64,000 nucleotides of DNA from an uncultured Gemmatimonadales bacterium. GTDB taxonomy: Bacteria > Gemmatimonadota > Gemmatimonadetes > Longimicrobiales > RSA9. The DNA lies in contig CAWAMW010000016.1 of NCBI GenBank assembly GCA_963783305.1, forward strand, positions 704,001-768,000, given 5' to 3'. Both the position numbers and the translations under genes were made by a program. The notes beneath the pieces were generated by a model that did no database searches, was not told the DNA's origin, and saw nothing but the letters and a program-made list of their open reading frames with translations. Position 1 is the first letter of the stretch. Each line of letters begins with the position of its first letter. Positions 30,698-40,502 of this stretch are shown piece by piece.

Positions 30698-32878
30698 ATG
30701 ACCTATCAGCCGTCGACGGGCAGCAATCAACCGCTGGACCAGCTCGCGCTGGTGTACGCCATGGTCGATCACATCCAGCGGGCTCGCCAGGTGGACTCGG
30801 TGTACCAGGAGGCGGCGGAGGGCCTGCGGAATGTGCTCTCGGCGGACCGGTCCGCGCTGTTGACCGAGGAGCGCGGCGCCGGAATGCGACTGCGGGCGTG
30901 GGGCGGCCTGTCGGCCGCGGGCCGTCGCGCCTTGAACGGCTACTCTCCGTGGCCGCGAGGGCAGCGGCACCCGGAACCACTGGTGATCGTCGACGCGAGC
31001 GTGGAGCGGCTGAACGAGCCCGTGTACCACGCGTTGCGGGCGGAGGGTCTGCGATCGATCGGCTGGATCCCGCTGCTCCACCGCGGGCGTCTCATCGGGC
31101 AGCTCATGCTGGGGCGGGCGGCGCGGCATCCATTCGATGCGTCGGAGCTGCGGCTCGCGGAGGTGATCGCAGGGCACGTGGCGTTCTCGATCTGGCGAAC
31201 GCAGAGCGACGAGGATCAGGCAGAGCTGCTGAGGCGGTTCGAGGCGGAGCGGTCGGTGCTGGAATCGGTCGTGAAGCAGATGCCGGCGGGCGTGCTGCTG
31301 GCCGACGTACCGAGCGGCCGGATCATCACGAGCAACGCTCACGTCAGCGCGATCTGGCGGAAGACGCTGCGGCACGCGGAGCGGGTGAGCGATTACGCCA
31401 TGTGGGGCGGGATCGACAACGACGGCGTGGCACTGGACGCGCGGTTGTGGCCGCTGGCCCGGTCGGTGGAGACGGGGGAGACGGTCCAGGGCGAGGAGAT
31501 CCGGATCGAGCGCGGCGATGGCACCCGTGGGATCGTGCGGATGAGCTCGGCCCCGGTGGTGGACAGCCGAGGTCGCCAGCTCGCGGCGGTGGCGACCCTC
31601 TTCGACGTCACGCGGGAGCGCGAGCAGGAACTCCGTAACGCCTTCCTCGAGGACGCCACCCAGGTTTTGAACGCCTCGCTGGAGCTCGAGGCCACCCTGC
31701 GCATGGTGGCGAGCGTGGCGGTGGGCCGGTACGCGGACTGGGCGGTGCTGCACGAAGTCGATGGCGATTCGCTGGACGTGACCGTCGTCGAGCACGTGGA
31801 CGGTGATGGGGCGCCCACGGTCCTCCAGGCGTTCGTCGACAGAGCGTTCTCCCTGGATGGAACGCACCCGATCGCACGTGCGGTACGGGGGCGGGAGCCG
31901 GTGCTGGTCGCCGACAATCCGACCGACGCCGTAGCCATGCTGGCGGGTGAGGACGAGGAGCTGGCGGAGGCGGCGCGGGAGATCGGGTGTCGTTCGGCCG
32001 TGGTGCTCCCTCTGGTCTCTCGCGAGCAGGGTATCGGATCGCTCACCATGGTGCGTTCGGAGGGCCGGTACAGCGAGGACGATCTGGAGCTCCTGACGGA
32101 GCTGGCGCGGCGGGCCTCGCTGGCGGTGGAGAACGCGCGGTTGTACGAGCGTGCGCTGGCAGCGGATCGAGCGAAATCGAGCTTCCTTGCGGTGATGTCG
32201 CACGAGTTCCGTACACCGCTGAGCGCGATCCTGGGATACGCGGACATCCTGACCGCGCGGGTCCATGGTGAGCTGAACCCGAAGCAGCAGAAGCACCTGG
32301 AGCGGGTGAAGGCGAGTGTCCGACACCTGTCCCACCTGGTGGACGAGATCCTTTCGTTCGCGAGCATGGAAGCGGGTCGCGAGCGCGTGGGGGCAGGTCG
32401 TACGGACATTCGGGCGCTGGTGGTGGACGCCGCGGAGATCATGGAGCCCATTGCGGAGGCCGCCGGTCTCGGTTTCCGGCTCGAGCTGCCGAAGGAAGGG
32501 CTGGTGATGCGGACGGACTCGATGAAAGTGCGTCAGATCGTCATCAACCTGGTGTCCAACGCGCTCAAGTACACGCCGGAGGGGGAGGTGGTCGTACAGT
32601 TGGAGACGGCCGATGGCCGCATGACGCTGCACGTCACGGACACGGGGCCCGGCATCGCGCCGGAGCATGCGGAGCGGGTGTTCGAGCCCTTCTGGCAGGT
32701 GGACCAGAGCGATGGCCGTCGGATCACCGGAACGGGGCTGGGGCTGGCGGTGGCGCGTGAGCTTGCGAGACTTCTCGGCGGGGACGTCACTCTGGAGAGC
32801 GAAGTGGGGAAGGGGAGCCGCTTCACTCTCACGCTACCGCCGGTACCGGAGGTAGTGGCAGGCGGCGAGCCCGTGTGA
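30698..32878 (+). CDS. cytoplasmic GAF-PAS-GAF sensor histidine kinase
   Basis: H-box MSHEFRTPL, N-box NLVSNALKY, G1 DTGPGI, G2 GTGLGL; no TM segment; start uncertain. Confidence 0.92.
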   Translation: MTYQPSTGSNQPLDQLALVYAMVDHIQRARQVDSVYQEAAEGLRNVLSADRSALLTEERGAGMRLRAWGGLSAAGRRALNGYSPWPRGQRHPEPLVIVDASVERLNEPVYHALRAEGLRSIGWIPLLHRGRLIGQLMLGRAARHPFDASELRLAEVIAGHVAFSIWRTQSDEDQAELLRRFEAERSVLESVVKQMPAGVLLADVPSGRIITSNAHVSAIWRKTLRHAERVSDYAMWGGIDNDGVALDARLWPLARSVETGETVQGEEIRIERGDGTRGIVRMSSAPVVDSRGRQLAAVATLFDVTREREQELRNAFLEDATQVLNASLELEATLRMVASVAVGRYADWAVLHEVDGDSLDVTVVEHVDGDGAPTVLQAFVDRAFSLDGTHPIARAVRGREPVLVADNPTDAVAMLAGEDEELAEAAREIGCRSAVVLPLVSREQGIGSLTMVRSEGRYSEDDLELLTELARRASLAVENARLYERALAADRAKSSFLAVMSHEFRTPLSAILGYADILTARVHGELNPKQQKHLERVKASVRHLSHLVDEILSFASMEAGRERVGAGRTDIRALVVDAAEIMEPIAEAAGLGFRLELPKEGLVMRTDSMKVRQIVINLVSNALKYTPEGEVVVQLETADGRMTLHVTDTGPGIAPEHAERVFEPFWQVDQSDGRRITGTGLGLAVARELARLLGGDVTLESEVGKGSRFTLTLPPVPEVVAGGEPV

Positions 32879-32915
32879 TACGTTGGCCCGGGGTCCAACC
32901 GAACCGCCGGGGCCA

Positions 32916-33581
32916 ATGACCGCAGCACCGCTCACCATCCAGACATTCACGTCCAGCGCGTTCGGCCAGAACGCCTATCTCGTCCGGTGCACAGCCACGG
33001 GCGCGATGCTGGCAATCGATCCGGGCGGGGACGTGGACGCCATGGTGGCGTCGCTCGAGGAGACCGGAGCGAGGCTGGAATCGATCATCCTCACGCACGC
33101 CCACCTGGACCACATCGAGGGGGTGGCCACGCTGGTGGAGCGCCTCCCCGCCCCGATCCACCTGCACCCGGACGACCGGCCGCTGTACGATGCGGCGGCG
33201 CAGCAGGCGGCAATGTTCGGCTACGACTTCCCGGTGCCCCCGCCGGCGGACGAGACGCTGGAGCCGGGGCGCCCCGTCACGCTGGGGCGCTGCCAGTTCG
33301 AGGTGCGCCATGCACCGGGGCACTCCCCGGGCCACGTGATCCTTTACGCGGCGGAGGCGGGACTCGCGTTCGTGGGTGACGTGGTCTTTGCGGGCTCGAT
33401 CGGACGCAGCGACCTGCCGGGTGGCGACTATCAGCAGCTCATGAGATCGATCCGGGAGCAGGTCCTGACGCTGCCGGACGATACCGAGCTGTACTCCGGC
33501 CATGGCCCCGTGACGACAGTAGGCCGGGAGCGGGTAAGCAACCCGTTCCTGATCGCGGATCATCCTGGGAGGTGGGCATGA
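32916..33581 (+). CDS. MBL-fold metallo-hydrolase (glyoxalase II-like)
   Basis: THAHLDH, PGHSPG, GDVVF..SIGR.D, GHG. Confidence 0.93.
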   Translation: MTAAPLTIQTFTSSAFGQNAYLVRCTATGAMLAIDPGGDVDAMVASLEETGARLESIILTHAHLDHIEGVATLVERLPAPIHLHPDDRPLYDAAAQQAAMFGYDFPVPPPADETLEPGRPVTLGRCQFEVRHAPGHSPGHVILYAAEAGLAFVGDVVFAGSIGRSDLPGGDYQQLMRSIREQVLTLPDDTELYSGHGPVTTVGRERVSNPFLIADHPGRWA

Positions 33582-34297
33582 GCGAGCGTATCGCGGTATT
33601 CGCCTCGGGGAGCGGCACCAACCTGCAGGCGCTGCTGGACCACTTTGCCGACAACCCGGTTGCGGAGATCCGGTTGGTCATCAGTGACCACGCGGAGGCG
33701 GGAGCGCTGGAGCGGGCGCGGCAAGCCGGGGTTCCGACCCACCACATCCCCGTGAAGACGCGGCCGATCGCGGCGGTGACCGCCGATATGCTGGATGCCC
33801 TCGAGTCGTCGCGGATCGATATCGTGGTGCTGGCCGGGTACCTCCGGCTCGTGCCCCAGGATGTCATCCGCCGGTTCTCGCACCGCGTGCTCAACATCCA
33901 CCCTGCGCTTCTCCCGGCGTTCGGGGGCAAGGGCATGTTCGGCCGGCGAGTGCATGAGGCGGTGCTCGACGCCGGGTGCCGGATCACCGGCGCGACGGTC
34001 CATTTCGTCAATGCGCGCTACGACGAGGGCCGGATCGTGGCCCAGTGGCCCGTGCCGGTGCTGGAGAACGATTCGCCGGAGTCGCTGGGGGAGCGGGTGC
34101 TGCGCGTGGAGCACGCACTGTATCCGGCCGCGGTGGAATGGCTGGCGCGCGTGCTGGCGGCTGCCGAGGGCGAGGACGCGGCCCGGGCCGTCCGCGAGGC
34201 GGTGCCGGTCCCGGTGAGCGATACGATCTGCTTCCGAATGAACGAGAACGCCGATCCGGATGTGGCCGGGATCCACCGGCTGTTCGGTGTGGACTGA
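33578..34297 (+). CDS. purN: phosphoribosylglycinamide formyltransferase
   Basis: ASGSGTNLQA, LAGY, NIHPALLP, GATVHFV. Confidence 0.96.
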   Translation: MSERIAVFASGSGTNLQALLDHFADNPVAEIRLVISDHAEAGALERARQAGVPTHHIPVKTRPIAAVTADMLDALESSRIDIVVLAGYLRLVPQDVIRRFSHRVLNIHPALLPAFGGKGMFGRRVHEAVLDAGCRITGATVHFVNARYDEGRIVAQWPVPVLENDSPESLGERVLRVEHALYPAAVEWLARVLAAAEGEDAARAVREAVPVPVSDTICFRMNENADPDVAGIHRLFGVD

Positions 34298-34313
34298 ACT
34301 TACGAGGCGAGTG

Positions 34314-35870
34314 ATGCCCAGAGCGATCCTGAGCGTTTCGAACAAGACGGGTCTGGCGGAGTTCGCCCGTGGCCTGGCAGAGCTGGGCTGGGAACTGATC
34401 TCCACCGGCGGGACCGCGAGGGTTCTGCGCGAGGCCGGGCTGGAGGTGCTGGACGTGAAGGCTGTCACAGGTCATCCCGAGATGATGGATGGTCGCGTGA
34501 AGACTCTGCACCCCGCTGTGCACGCGGGGATCCTCGCGCGGGCCGGCCGGTCGGACGACGAGGCCGCGCTGGCCGAGCACGGCTATGCCCCTGTGGATCT
34601 GGTCGCGGTGAACCTGTACCCGTTCCAGGAGACGGTGGCGGGTGGCGCGGAGCTCGGTGAGGCCATGGAGAATGTGGACATCGGCGGCCCCACCATGCTT
34701 CGTGCCGCGGCCAAGAACCACGAGCGGGTCGTGGTGGTGGTGGACCCGTCCGATTACCAGGACGTGCTCGGCGCTCTGAGGAACGGCACCGTCGGGACTG
34801 CCATGCGCCGCGGGCTCGCACGCAAGGTCTTCGAGCATACGGCGACCTACGACTCGGCGATCACCGCGTACCTGGCCGAGCAGACGGACGCGGCGCCCCG
34901 GGACGGATTCCCGGACCACCTCACACTGCGGCTGGAGAAGATCCAGGCGCTGCGTTACGGCGAGAACCCGGACCAGCCGGCCGCATTCTACGGCGAGGCC
35001 GGCGCGCCCGAGGACTCGCTGCCGCACCTGATCCAGCTCCACGGCAAGGAGCTGTCCTTCAACAACCTCATCAATGTGGACGGGGCGGTGATGGGCGCGG
35101 GGGCGTGGAGCCCGGAGGAGGGCACGTCTTGCTGCATCATCAAGCACACCACCCCCTGTGGGCTGGCGCTGGGCTCCGACGCGGAAGACGCGTATCGGCG
35201 AGCACTTTCGGGTGACCCGGTGTCGGCGTTCGGGGGGATCGTCGCCTTCAACGGGCCCGTGACCGCCGCGGCGGCCGAGGCCATGTCGTCGCACTTTCTC
35301 GAGGTCATCGTGGCGCCCGCGTTCGACGACGAGGCGCGGAACATTCTCCAGTCCAAAAAGAACCTGCGGCTCATCGAGCTGCCGGTTGGCGCAGCACCGG
35401 CGGGGGAGTTGGACCTGAAGCGCGTGCGGGGTGGTCTCCTGGCGCAGCACCGGATGGCTATGCGGTTCCCGGAGGACGAATGGCAGGTCGTGACGAAGCG
35501 ATCGCCGGACGAGCGGGAGTGGGCGGACCTGCGATTCGCCTGGCGTGCGGCGGCGGTGGTCAAGTCGAACGCGATTGTGCTGGTGAAGGATCGACGGACC
35601 GTGGGCATCGGAGCCGGGCAGATGAGCCGGGTGGACGCCTCGCGGATTGCCGTGCTGAAAGCCCATGACCAGGGCGTGGACCTTGCCGGGTCGGTCGTCG
35701 CTTCAGATGCGTTCTTCCCGTTCAGGGACGGCGTGGACGCGGCCGCGGAGGCCGGTGCGACGGCCATTATCCAGCCCGGCGGCTCCGTTCGCGATGAGGA
35801 AGTGATCCAGGCCGCGAACGATCATGGTGTGGCCATGGTGCTCACAGGACGGAGGGTGTTCCGGCACTAG
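34314..35870 (+). CDS. purH: bifunctional AICAR transformylase/IMP cyclohydrolase
   Basis: ISTGGT, GRVKTLHP, DIGGP, LRYGENP, ASDAFFPF, IQPGGS.RD. Confidence 0.98.
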   Translation: MPRAILSVSNKTGLAEFARGLAELGWELISTGGTARVLREAGLEVLDVKAVTGHPEMMDGRVKTLHPAVHAGILARAGRSDDEAALAEHGYAPVDLVAVNLYPFQETVAGGAELGEAMENVDIGGPTMLRAAAKNHERVVVVVDPSDYQDVLGALRNGTVGTAMRRGLARKVFEHTATYDSAITAYLAEQTDAAPRDGFPDHLTLRLEKIQALRYGENPDQPAAFYGEAGAPEDSLPHLIQLHGKELSFNNLINVDGAVMGAGAWSPEEGTSCCIIKHTTPCGLALGSDAEDAYRRALSGDPVSAFGGIVAFNGPVTAAAAEAMSSHFLEVIVAPAFDDEARNILQSKKNLRLIELPVGAAPAGELDLKRVRGGLLAQHRMAMRFPEDEWQVVTKRSPDEREWADLRFAWRAAAVVKSNAIVLVKDRRTVGIGAGQMSRVDASRIAVLKAHDQGVDLAGSVVASDAFFPFRDGVDAAAEAGATAIIQPGGSVRDEEVIQAANDHGVAMVLTGRRVFRH

Positions 35871-35992
35871 TCGGCCCGCCGGAGACGGGAGAACGGGGCC
35901 GCGGCCGGAGGAACTTTCCGGTCGCGGCCCCAGTACGTTCCGGTGTGGCGCGGGGAGAGCGCCTCAGTGCTCCAGGATACGCGGGCGGATCC

Positions 35993-37135
35993 ATGATGAT
36001 CGAGAGAGCGGTGAGAAAAGGTGCGGTCCCGCTGGGGATCGCGGGGGCGGTGCTGGGCACGCTGGCCGGGTGCGGTGATGCCACGGCTCCGTGGTCGCGC
36101 TTCGATCCCGACGAGGCACTCTACAACCTGGAAGAGGTAACCCGGCCTCTGGACCCGGATGGGGATCTCCTGCTCGGGCTCGATCTGGCGGTCATCACAC
36201 TGGAATACTATGGCAGCGGCGCGCTGGGGAGCGCGCTCTCACTCCATGCCATACGGCCGGAGCCGCTTTCAGCGGCGCTGCGGCCGTCGAAGGCGCCGGT
36301 GGGGTCGTGGCGAAGGCGTGCCGCCGGCTCCGAGGTTCAGGGCGGTACGATCGCCGGGCTCACGCTGCCGTGGGCTTTCACGGGCGAGACAATGACGTGG
36401 GACCCTGTGGACGGCTATGTCGTCAGCGGATTCGCCGGAGCGCCCGCGAACGGGGTGCGCTTCATCCTGTACCGCATGGATCCGGTGACGGGTTATCCGT
36501 CCCGTCCGCTTTCGGCTCTCGGCCACATGGACATCCTGGACGAGGACGGCGCGACGACGGAAGCGGTGCGTGTGCGGGCGGTCCGTACGAGCGGGCCCGA
36601 CCGGGTGATCGCCGACTACCGGGTGACGTTCGCCGGGACCGGCAGCTACAGCGAGGGCTCGATGGAGACGACGCTGCGAGGCGTTGTGGGGGAGGTGGGC
36701 ACCGTGGATGTCGACCTGACGCAGCGGCTGGAATGGAGCGGGAGCCGGGACCACGAGGAGCTGACGCTCGACTATGTGTACCGGCGCGGGTCGAGCCGTG
36801 TGGAGCTTGAGGGTCGGGCGACCAGCGGGTATGAAGCCGCGGAGTGGGCTACGTTCGATTTCGAGACTCGCATCCGGGGCGGGTACAGCACGACGGAGAT
36901 CGACGCGAGCATCAGTGCCACTGGCTCGCTACGGGGGGACGTGCGGAGCGATGGCCGACGGGTGATCCGGATCGACGGCCACGATGGGAGCCCGCGCTTC
37001 GAGCGCTCCGATGGTGGCCAACTCTCATGGTCGGAGGAGGCGGTGCTGGAACAGATATGGACCGGCATCACCGATCTGATCTGGCTGACCGACTGGGTCA
37101 TGACGCCGGCCGATCTGCTGGTGCTCAACGGCTGA
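35993..37135 (+). CDS. hypothetical lipoprotein
   Basis: Signal with LAGC lipobox; beta-rich body; no recognised family. Confidence 0.75.
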   Translation: MMIERAVRKGAVPLGIAGAVLGTLAGCGDATAPWSRFDPDEALYNLEEVTRPLDPDGDLLLGLDLAVITLEYYGSGALGSALSLHAIRPEPLSAALRPSKAPVGSWRRRAAGSEVQGGTIAGLTLPWAFTGETMTWDPVDGYVVSGFAGAPANGVRFILYRMDPVTGYPSRPLSALGHMDILDEDGATTEAVRVRAVRTSGPDRVIADYRVTFAGTGSYSEGSMETTLRGVVGEVGTVDVDLTQRLEWSGSRDHEELTLDYVYRRGSSRVELEGRATSGYEAAEWATFDFETRIRGGYSTTEIDASISATGSLRGDVRSDGRRVIRIDGHDGSPRFERSDGGQLSWSEEAVLEQIWTGITDLIWLTDWVMTPADLLVLNG

Positions 37136-37156
37136 CGCGCGGGTGGGGCGCGGGGG

Positions 37157-37453
37157 TTACCCGCTTGTCACCATCTCGCGATCACCCGGGCCGCGCTCCG
37201 GGGCCCGGTCCCCGGAGCGCGCGGTTTCACGACGGGGCTCGCGCGGTACCAGCCGGACGCCAGGACGAGGGCGGGGGCCGCGCCACCAGTAGTACACCCG
37301 CTCACTGCGCTCGAGGGCGAACGAGCGCGTCCCGCCGTTCACGCCCACCACGACATCGCGACCATCCGGCCGACGGATTCCGGCAGGGCCCTGTCCCCTG
37401 TCGACGTCGAGTTGGTACCGTCCCGGCGCAAGGTGCCTGTAGGTTCCGCTCAT
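37157..37453 (-). CDS. small hypothetical protein
   Basis: Strong GAGGAG Shine-Dalgarno just before the ATG; 98 aa. Confidence 0.55.
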   Translation of the reverse strand: MSGTYRHLAPGRYQLDVDRGQGPAGIRRPDGRDVVVGVNGGTRSFALERSERVYYWWRGPRPRPGVRLVPREPRRETARSGDRAPERGPGDREMVTSG

Positions 37454-37489
37454 GCTCCTCCTTCAACGCTGGCGGGGGAGCTGACCGGT

Positions 37490-37526
37490 ACAAAAACAGC
37501 CCGGCGGAGGCTCCCTCCGTCGGGCT
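37490..37526 (-). terminator. intrinsic terminator in the leader of the 37157-37453 gene
   Basis: AGCCCGACGGAGG-GAG-CCTCCGCCGGGCT (12/13 bp) followed by GTTTTTGT. Confidence 0.7.
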
Positions 37527-37570
37527 TATCACGGCGGTGGAGATCGGTCCATCCGCCTGATCTTTCTGGG
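37490..37570 (-). ncRNA. candidate ~80-nt small RNA or attenuator leader
   Basis: Promoter-like TTGCGC-N17-CATCTT (37604-37576), hairpin at 37533-37557, then a terminator; no upstream minus-strand CDS. Confidence 0.4.
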
Positions 37571-37738
37571 TAGAAAAGATGCTTTCGACGCTCCGGCGGC
37601 GCAAGGATTTTTCAGCCATTTCCCTCAGTCTATGAGGGCATTCCCGCTTTCGCCGCCGCCAGTGGCGCTGCATCTTTGAGCATGCCTCTCCGGCGGCCGA
37701 TTCCCCCGGCCTCTCGATCGGGGAACAAGGAGGTGCGC

Positions 37739-38233
37739 ATGCGACACGACCGGGCCCGAATGGCGCAGGACAGCATTGCGGCCGGGTTCAGCGGATACCT
37801 CGCCGTGATCCTCTTTTTCGGGGTATGGAACATCGCCTGGGGACGGTCCCCGTTCTACACGGCCGCGCTGCTGGGGGAGGGTCTCTTAGCCGGGCTGCGC
37901 GACCCCACCGCGGTGGTGCTGGACCCGGCCATGATCCTCGCCTTCAATGGCCTCCACCTCATGGCGTTCCTGGTCTTTGGCGTGTTCGCGGCGTGGCTCG
38001 TGTACGAGGTGGAACTGCACCCTGACTTCTGGTACCTGGCCTTCTTCCTGTTCCTGGGAGCGACGGTGCTCAGCTATACCCTGGTGCTGGCGCTCACGGT
38101 GGTCGCGGGCAGCCTGCTGTCGCCATGGCTGGTGGTGGCGTCGAGCCTGGCGGGCGCCGCTGCCATGGCGGGGTACCTGACCGGGACGCACCGCCCGCTC
38201 CTGCGAGGGATCCCTGGGGTGGGGTGGTCCTGA
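37739..38233 (+). CDS. hypothetical multi-pass membrane protein
   Basis: AAGGAGG Shine-Dalgarno; about 4 hydrophobic helices. Confidence 0.8.
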   Translation: MRHDRARMAQDSIAAGFSGYLAVILFFGVWNIAWGRSPFYTAALLGEGLLAGLRDPTAVVLDPAMILAFNGLHLMAFLVFGVFAAWLVYEVELHPDFWYLAFFLFLGATVLSYTLVLALTVVAGSLLSPWLVVASSLAGAAAMAGYLTGTHRPLLRGIPGVGWS

Positions 38234-38314
38234 GGGTGCGGGGTGGCAGATCGACATTGGCGACCGAGGAAACGTGACGACTCGGGGGGTGGGGGCCGTG
38301 GAGATGGGCCGTCT

Positions 38315-38878
38315 ATGAGCACACCGCGAATGACACCGGCCAACTACCTGAGCGCGCTGCGTCTCGCGCTGGTGCCGGTTCTGTGGGTGCTGGCGCTGCT
38401 GGAACTGCCGTTCTACCTGGGAGTGGGTCTCGCGGTGGCCGGGTTGACGGACGTGCTGGATGGGCCGGTGGCCCGCGCGACCGGGCGCACGTCGCGGTAC
38501 GGGGCCCAGCTGGACTCGCTGGCCGACATCCTCCTCATGGCCTCGATTTTCTGGTGGCTGGTTCTCCTGCGACCCGAGTTCTTCAGCGACAACGCGGCGC
38601 CGCTCGTGGTGTGGGCGGTGGTGGGGAGCGCGGCGGTGATCGTGACGCTGGTGAAATTCGGCAGGATGGGGAACCTCCACCTCTACTCGGCCAAGGCCGC
38701 GGGGGTGCTGGGACACCTCTTCGCGGTCTGGATCTTCATCTTCGGCGACTACGATCCGATCTTCTTCACCGTGGCCATCGCCGTGGCGATCGTCGCGTCC
38801 ACGGAGACACTGCTGGTGGCGCTCATCCGCGACCGTGTGAGCGAGCGGATCGGGACGATCCTCCGGCGGCCTGGCTGA
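38315..38878 (+). CDS. CDP-alcohol phosphatidyltransferase family protein
   Basis: Signature DVLDGPVARATGRTSRYGAQLDSLAD. Confidence 0.92.
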   Translation: MSTPRMTPANYLSALRLALVPVLWVLALLELPFYLGVGLAVAGLTDVLDGPVARATGRTSRYGAQLDSLADILLMASIFWWLVLLRPEFFSDNAAPLVVWAVVGSAAVIVTLVKFGRMGNLHLYSAKAAGVLGHLFAVWIFIFGDYDPIFFTVAIAVAIVASTETLLVALIRDRVSERIGTILRRPG

Positions 38879-38923
38879 GGAGGGGCGTCGGCCGACGGGC
38901 CGTACCGTCGGCTCGCGGTAGAG

Positions 38924-39999
38924 CTACTCGCTCCGGGCCAGCAGGATGGCGGCCGCGGCCGCCACCGCTCCGGCCGTGGCGAGCCAGCCGCGATTCTTCG
39001 TCGCCCATAGCTGTGGGCTGCTTGAACGAGCCCGGGCATCGAAGCGGCCGTGAGCCGCGTAATCGCCCGGCGCGGGCTCGAAGAGGTTGTCGGGTCGGCC
39101 CTTCTCGGCGGGCTGGTCGGTCTGCTGGCTCTTGAAGCCGTTCCGGGCGAGGTAATGGTCCACGATGCGCGGCGCGAAGCGCTGTCCCATGACGGTCTGC
39201 ACCGTGGGGTACCCGACGAATAGCACGGGCCGGCGGTTGTGGGCCGCCCAGTGGATGGCGTCGGCCGCCACTTCCGGCTGGTAGATGGGGGGAACCGGCT
39301 GCGCCCGGTTGGGGAGTCGGCTCCGGACCCAGTCGAACTGCGGTGTGTTCAGCGCGGGCATGTGGACCAGGCCGACGTGGATGTTGCTGCCATCGTGCAT
39401 GAGCTCCGTCCGGAGCGACTCGGTGAACCCCTGAATGGCGTGCTTCGAGGCGCAGTACGGGGCCTGGAGGGGGATGCCGCGATAGGCCAGGGCGGAGCCG
39501 ACCTGGATGATGACGCCGGCATCGCGCTCGCGCATCCGCCGCAGGGCGGCCAGCGTGCCATGGACGAAGCCGAGGTAGTTCACGGCGGTGACGCGACTGT
39601 ACTCCTCGGCCGAGATCTCGTGGGCCCGGGCGAAGACCGACGTCATGGCGTTGTTGATCCAATGTCGATGGGTCCGAGCTCGGCCTCGGTGCGGGCTGCG
39701 GCGGCCTCCACGGCCTCGGCGTCCGCGACGTCCGTGGGGATCACCAGCGCCTCGCCGCCCGCGCGCTCCACCTCGTCGGCCGCCGCCGCCAGCCGGTCCT
39801 CGCCGCGTGCGAGCAGGGCGATGCGGGCGCCATCGCGGGCAAATCGGCGTACGGTGGCGCGCCCCACGCCCGCGGAAGCCCCGGTGATCACCACCACCGG
39901 GCGCTCGCCGTCGGTGCGGGTGTCGGGCCGGCTCTCGGTGCGGTTGGTGGGGGAGCTCTCGTTCCGTCCGGGCGACCCGGTCGTGCCGTTCGGAGTCAT
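38924..39999 (-). pseudogene. short-chain dehydrogenase split by a 1-bp frameshift
   Basis: N-terminal half TGASAGVG (39643-39999); C-terminal half YCASK (38924-39646); adding one base at about 39661 restores GPIDIWINNAMTSVF. Confidence 0.85.
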
Positions 40000-40427
40000 C
40001 GGATGAGCGGGAGTCCGCTGTCCTCGTCGGTGCGGCGGACGAGCTGGTCGTCGTAGGCGGTGAGGAACAGCTCGAGGGTAGGTCTCACTTCCGCCTCCAT
40101 GAGGTGGCCGGCGACCGTGGAGCCATCGCGGCGGCCGAGAACGCAGTGGATGTGGATGGCCGGCGCGCCATCCTGGGTGCCGATATTGCCCACGAGCGAC
40201 GTGACCTCGACCTGCTCCTCCACCGGGATCTCGATGTAGTCCTTCTTCTTCCAGTCGAAGTAGGCGAGGGTGGCGGACTCGAAGGCGCCGAGGGCCACGA
40301 AATGGGCTGCCTTCATTCCGGTGCGACGCGCGTGCCCCTCCAGGGTCTCGATGACCTTGTCACCGGTTTCGAAGATCAGGCTGGACGTATGGCCGCGGCC
40401 TTCCCGGCCGAGCTCACTGACGCGCAT
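39996..40427 (-). CDS. PPC/DUF296 domain protein
   Basis: ALGAF, EVTSLVGNI, HIH, AGHL, VRPTLE. Confidence 0.9.
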   Translation of the reverse strand: MRVSELGREGRGHTSSLIFETGDKVIETLEGHARRTGMKAAHFVALGAFESATLAYFDWKKKDYIEIPVEEQVEVTSLVGNIGTQDGAPAIHIHCVLGRRDGSTVAGHLMEAEVRPTLELFLTAYDDQLVRRTDEDSGLPLIR

Positions 40428-40502
40428 GCTGGTTTTCCGTTCCGAGTGCATGATGGCGATTCGGGCGACGGAGCGTCGCGCATGAACCATACCTCCCGAG
40501 CG

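Noticed and set aside
37529..37560. Fluoride or other known riboswitch
   Set aside because: Only superficial GGCG.ATGG similarity; the other conserved elements were not found
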